64,000 nucleotides of DNA, from the NCBI GenBank assembly GCA_964247055.1, contig OZ176051.1, positions 9,052,001 to 9,116,000 of the forward strand. Reading direction: 5' to 3'. Numbering within the stretch: the stretch's first letter is position 1; the number at the start of each line of letters is the position of its first letter. Position numbers and translations under genes: made by a program. This DNA is from Paragordius varius (Eukaryota > Animalia > Nematomorpha). Below the pieces are notes generated by a model that was given only the letters and a program-made list of their open reading frames with translations, made no database searches and was not told where the DNA came from. Shown piece by piece: positions 62,965-64,000 of this stretch.

Positions 62965-63925
62965 TTTAGTCTATGTACTAATTGTTGCGACCAGAGTTCT
63001 TCTAAATCAACATTAGTTATGTATTTTAATAAATGGTTTTTCGTAATACTTGATGGCCTATGATAGTCACCCCAATCCGTAAATAGAGATAAAAATATTT
63101 GCATGTTTAATTGATGAATCAATTAAATACTTAATAATCATACCTGCCCGCGTGAAAGGTTGGCTACCACTGCCTTATAGAGTTCATACTGGACTATGTA
63201 TTTTTCCGAAGATACGATTTTTTAGAAAAACTGGCATAAACTCAGAAGCAATAATTTAGATAATCAATCTATAATATATTCCATCTTAAAATATTCCACA
63301 CTCTACTCCTTATTAATAATAATAATTGTGTCAAGTTTTTGAGTTTGTCATTGCATAACAAAATTATTATAATAAGACATTTGTTTAAGACATCGAAACC
63401 ATTTTTCATATGTACTCCTCATATAAGCTGTTATTTTTATACAACTGTTTTTAAAAGAAAATTTAAATATAATTTGCTTTAATTAAAAAAATCATTAATA
63501 AATTTTTAAAAATGTGAACTGTACCCTAAAACATATTTTTTGATCCTTTTTATTTGCAACTTACTACGACCCATACTGGTTCCGGTTTCACCACCAAAAT
63601 CAGTGGTTCCCATATGTATTATTAACACTTTGATTCAAATTGGGGTGTCTAAAGACCTGAGATCACTTTCAAGTTGATATTTTTATAAAAAATAGTGAAA
63701 GAACGGTTGCATTTTGTAAACCGATGCTTCTATCTTTATAAAAATTACATAAATAAGCCAAAATTACTGAATAAAATTTGGTTTTAAAAACAAAGTTCCA
63801 TATCATAGTACTTCGCTATTTTTATCTTACGACATTTTTTCAAAATATCTTGTATATTTGATTCTAACGCTAGCATTAATTTGATCACTTATAACACTGA
63901 TATAAACAGTAAAAAGCTGCATCAT
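62965..63925 (+). repeat. Composite repeat block, partner of 51490-52430
   Basis: See 51490-52430. Confidence 0.8.
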
Positions 63926-64000
63926 TTTTTATATTTAACAAATGACATATCATATGTACCAAATTATTACCTTGAAGTTTATCCATAATCTCAAGCTTTT

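Overview
Very AT-rich eukaryotic (invertebrate-like) genomic DNA with GT-AG introns; the organism cannot be assigned from sequence alone. All exon models and homology calls come from my manual translation and family-motif recall, not database searches. Two host genes are well supported, both on the minus strand: a 5-exon SLC46/PCFT-family MFS transporter (5431-7564) and DNAJC3/P58IPK (at least 10 coding exons, 40927 to ~46504, first exon unresolved). A candidate ~10-exon plus-strand gene with no recognisable family spans ~18829-31775. Three decayed loci resemble NRF-6/acyltransferase-3 genes. The rest is a dense, nested transposon landscape. DNA transposons: a mariner remnant, a Chapaev3/CMC-type element with ~560-bp TIRs and an intron-containing dead transposase plus a family of fold-back derivatives, Buster- and DUF659-type hAT remnants, and a PIF/Harbinger-like TIR element. 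Retroelements: a 5'-inverted RTE copy with a 12-bp TSD, a full-length but frameshifted Mag-type Ty3/gypsy element, and a 1.47-kb non-autonomous LTR element with apparently identical LTRs. No rRNA, tRNA gene or CRISPR array was found.
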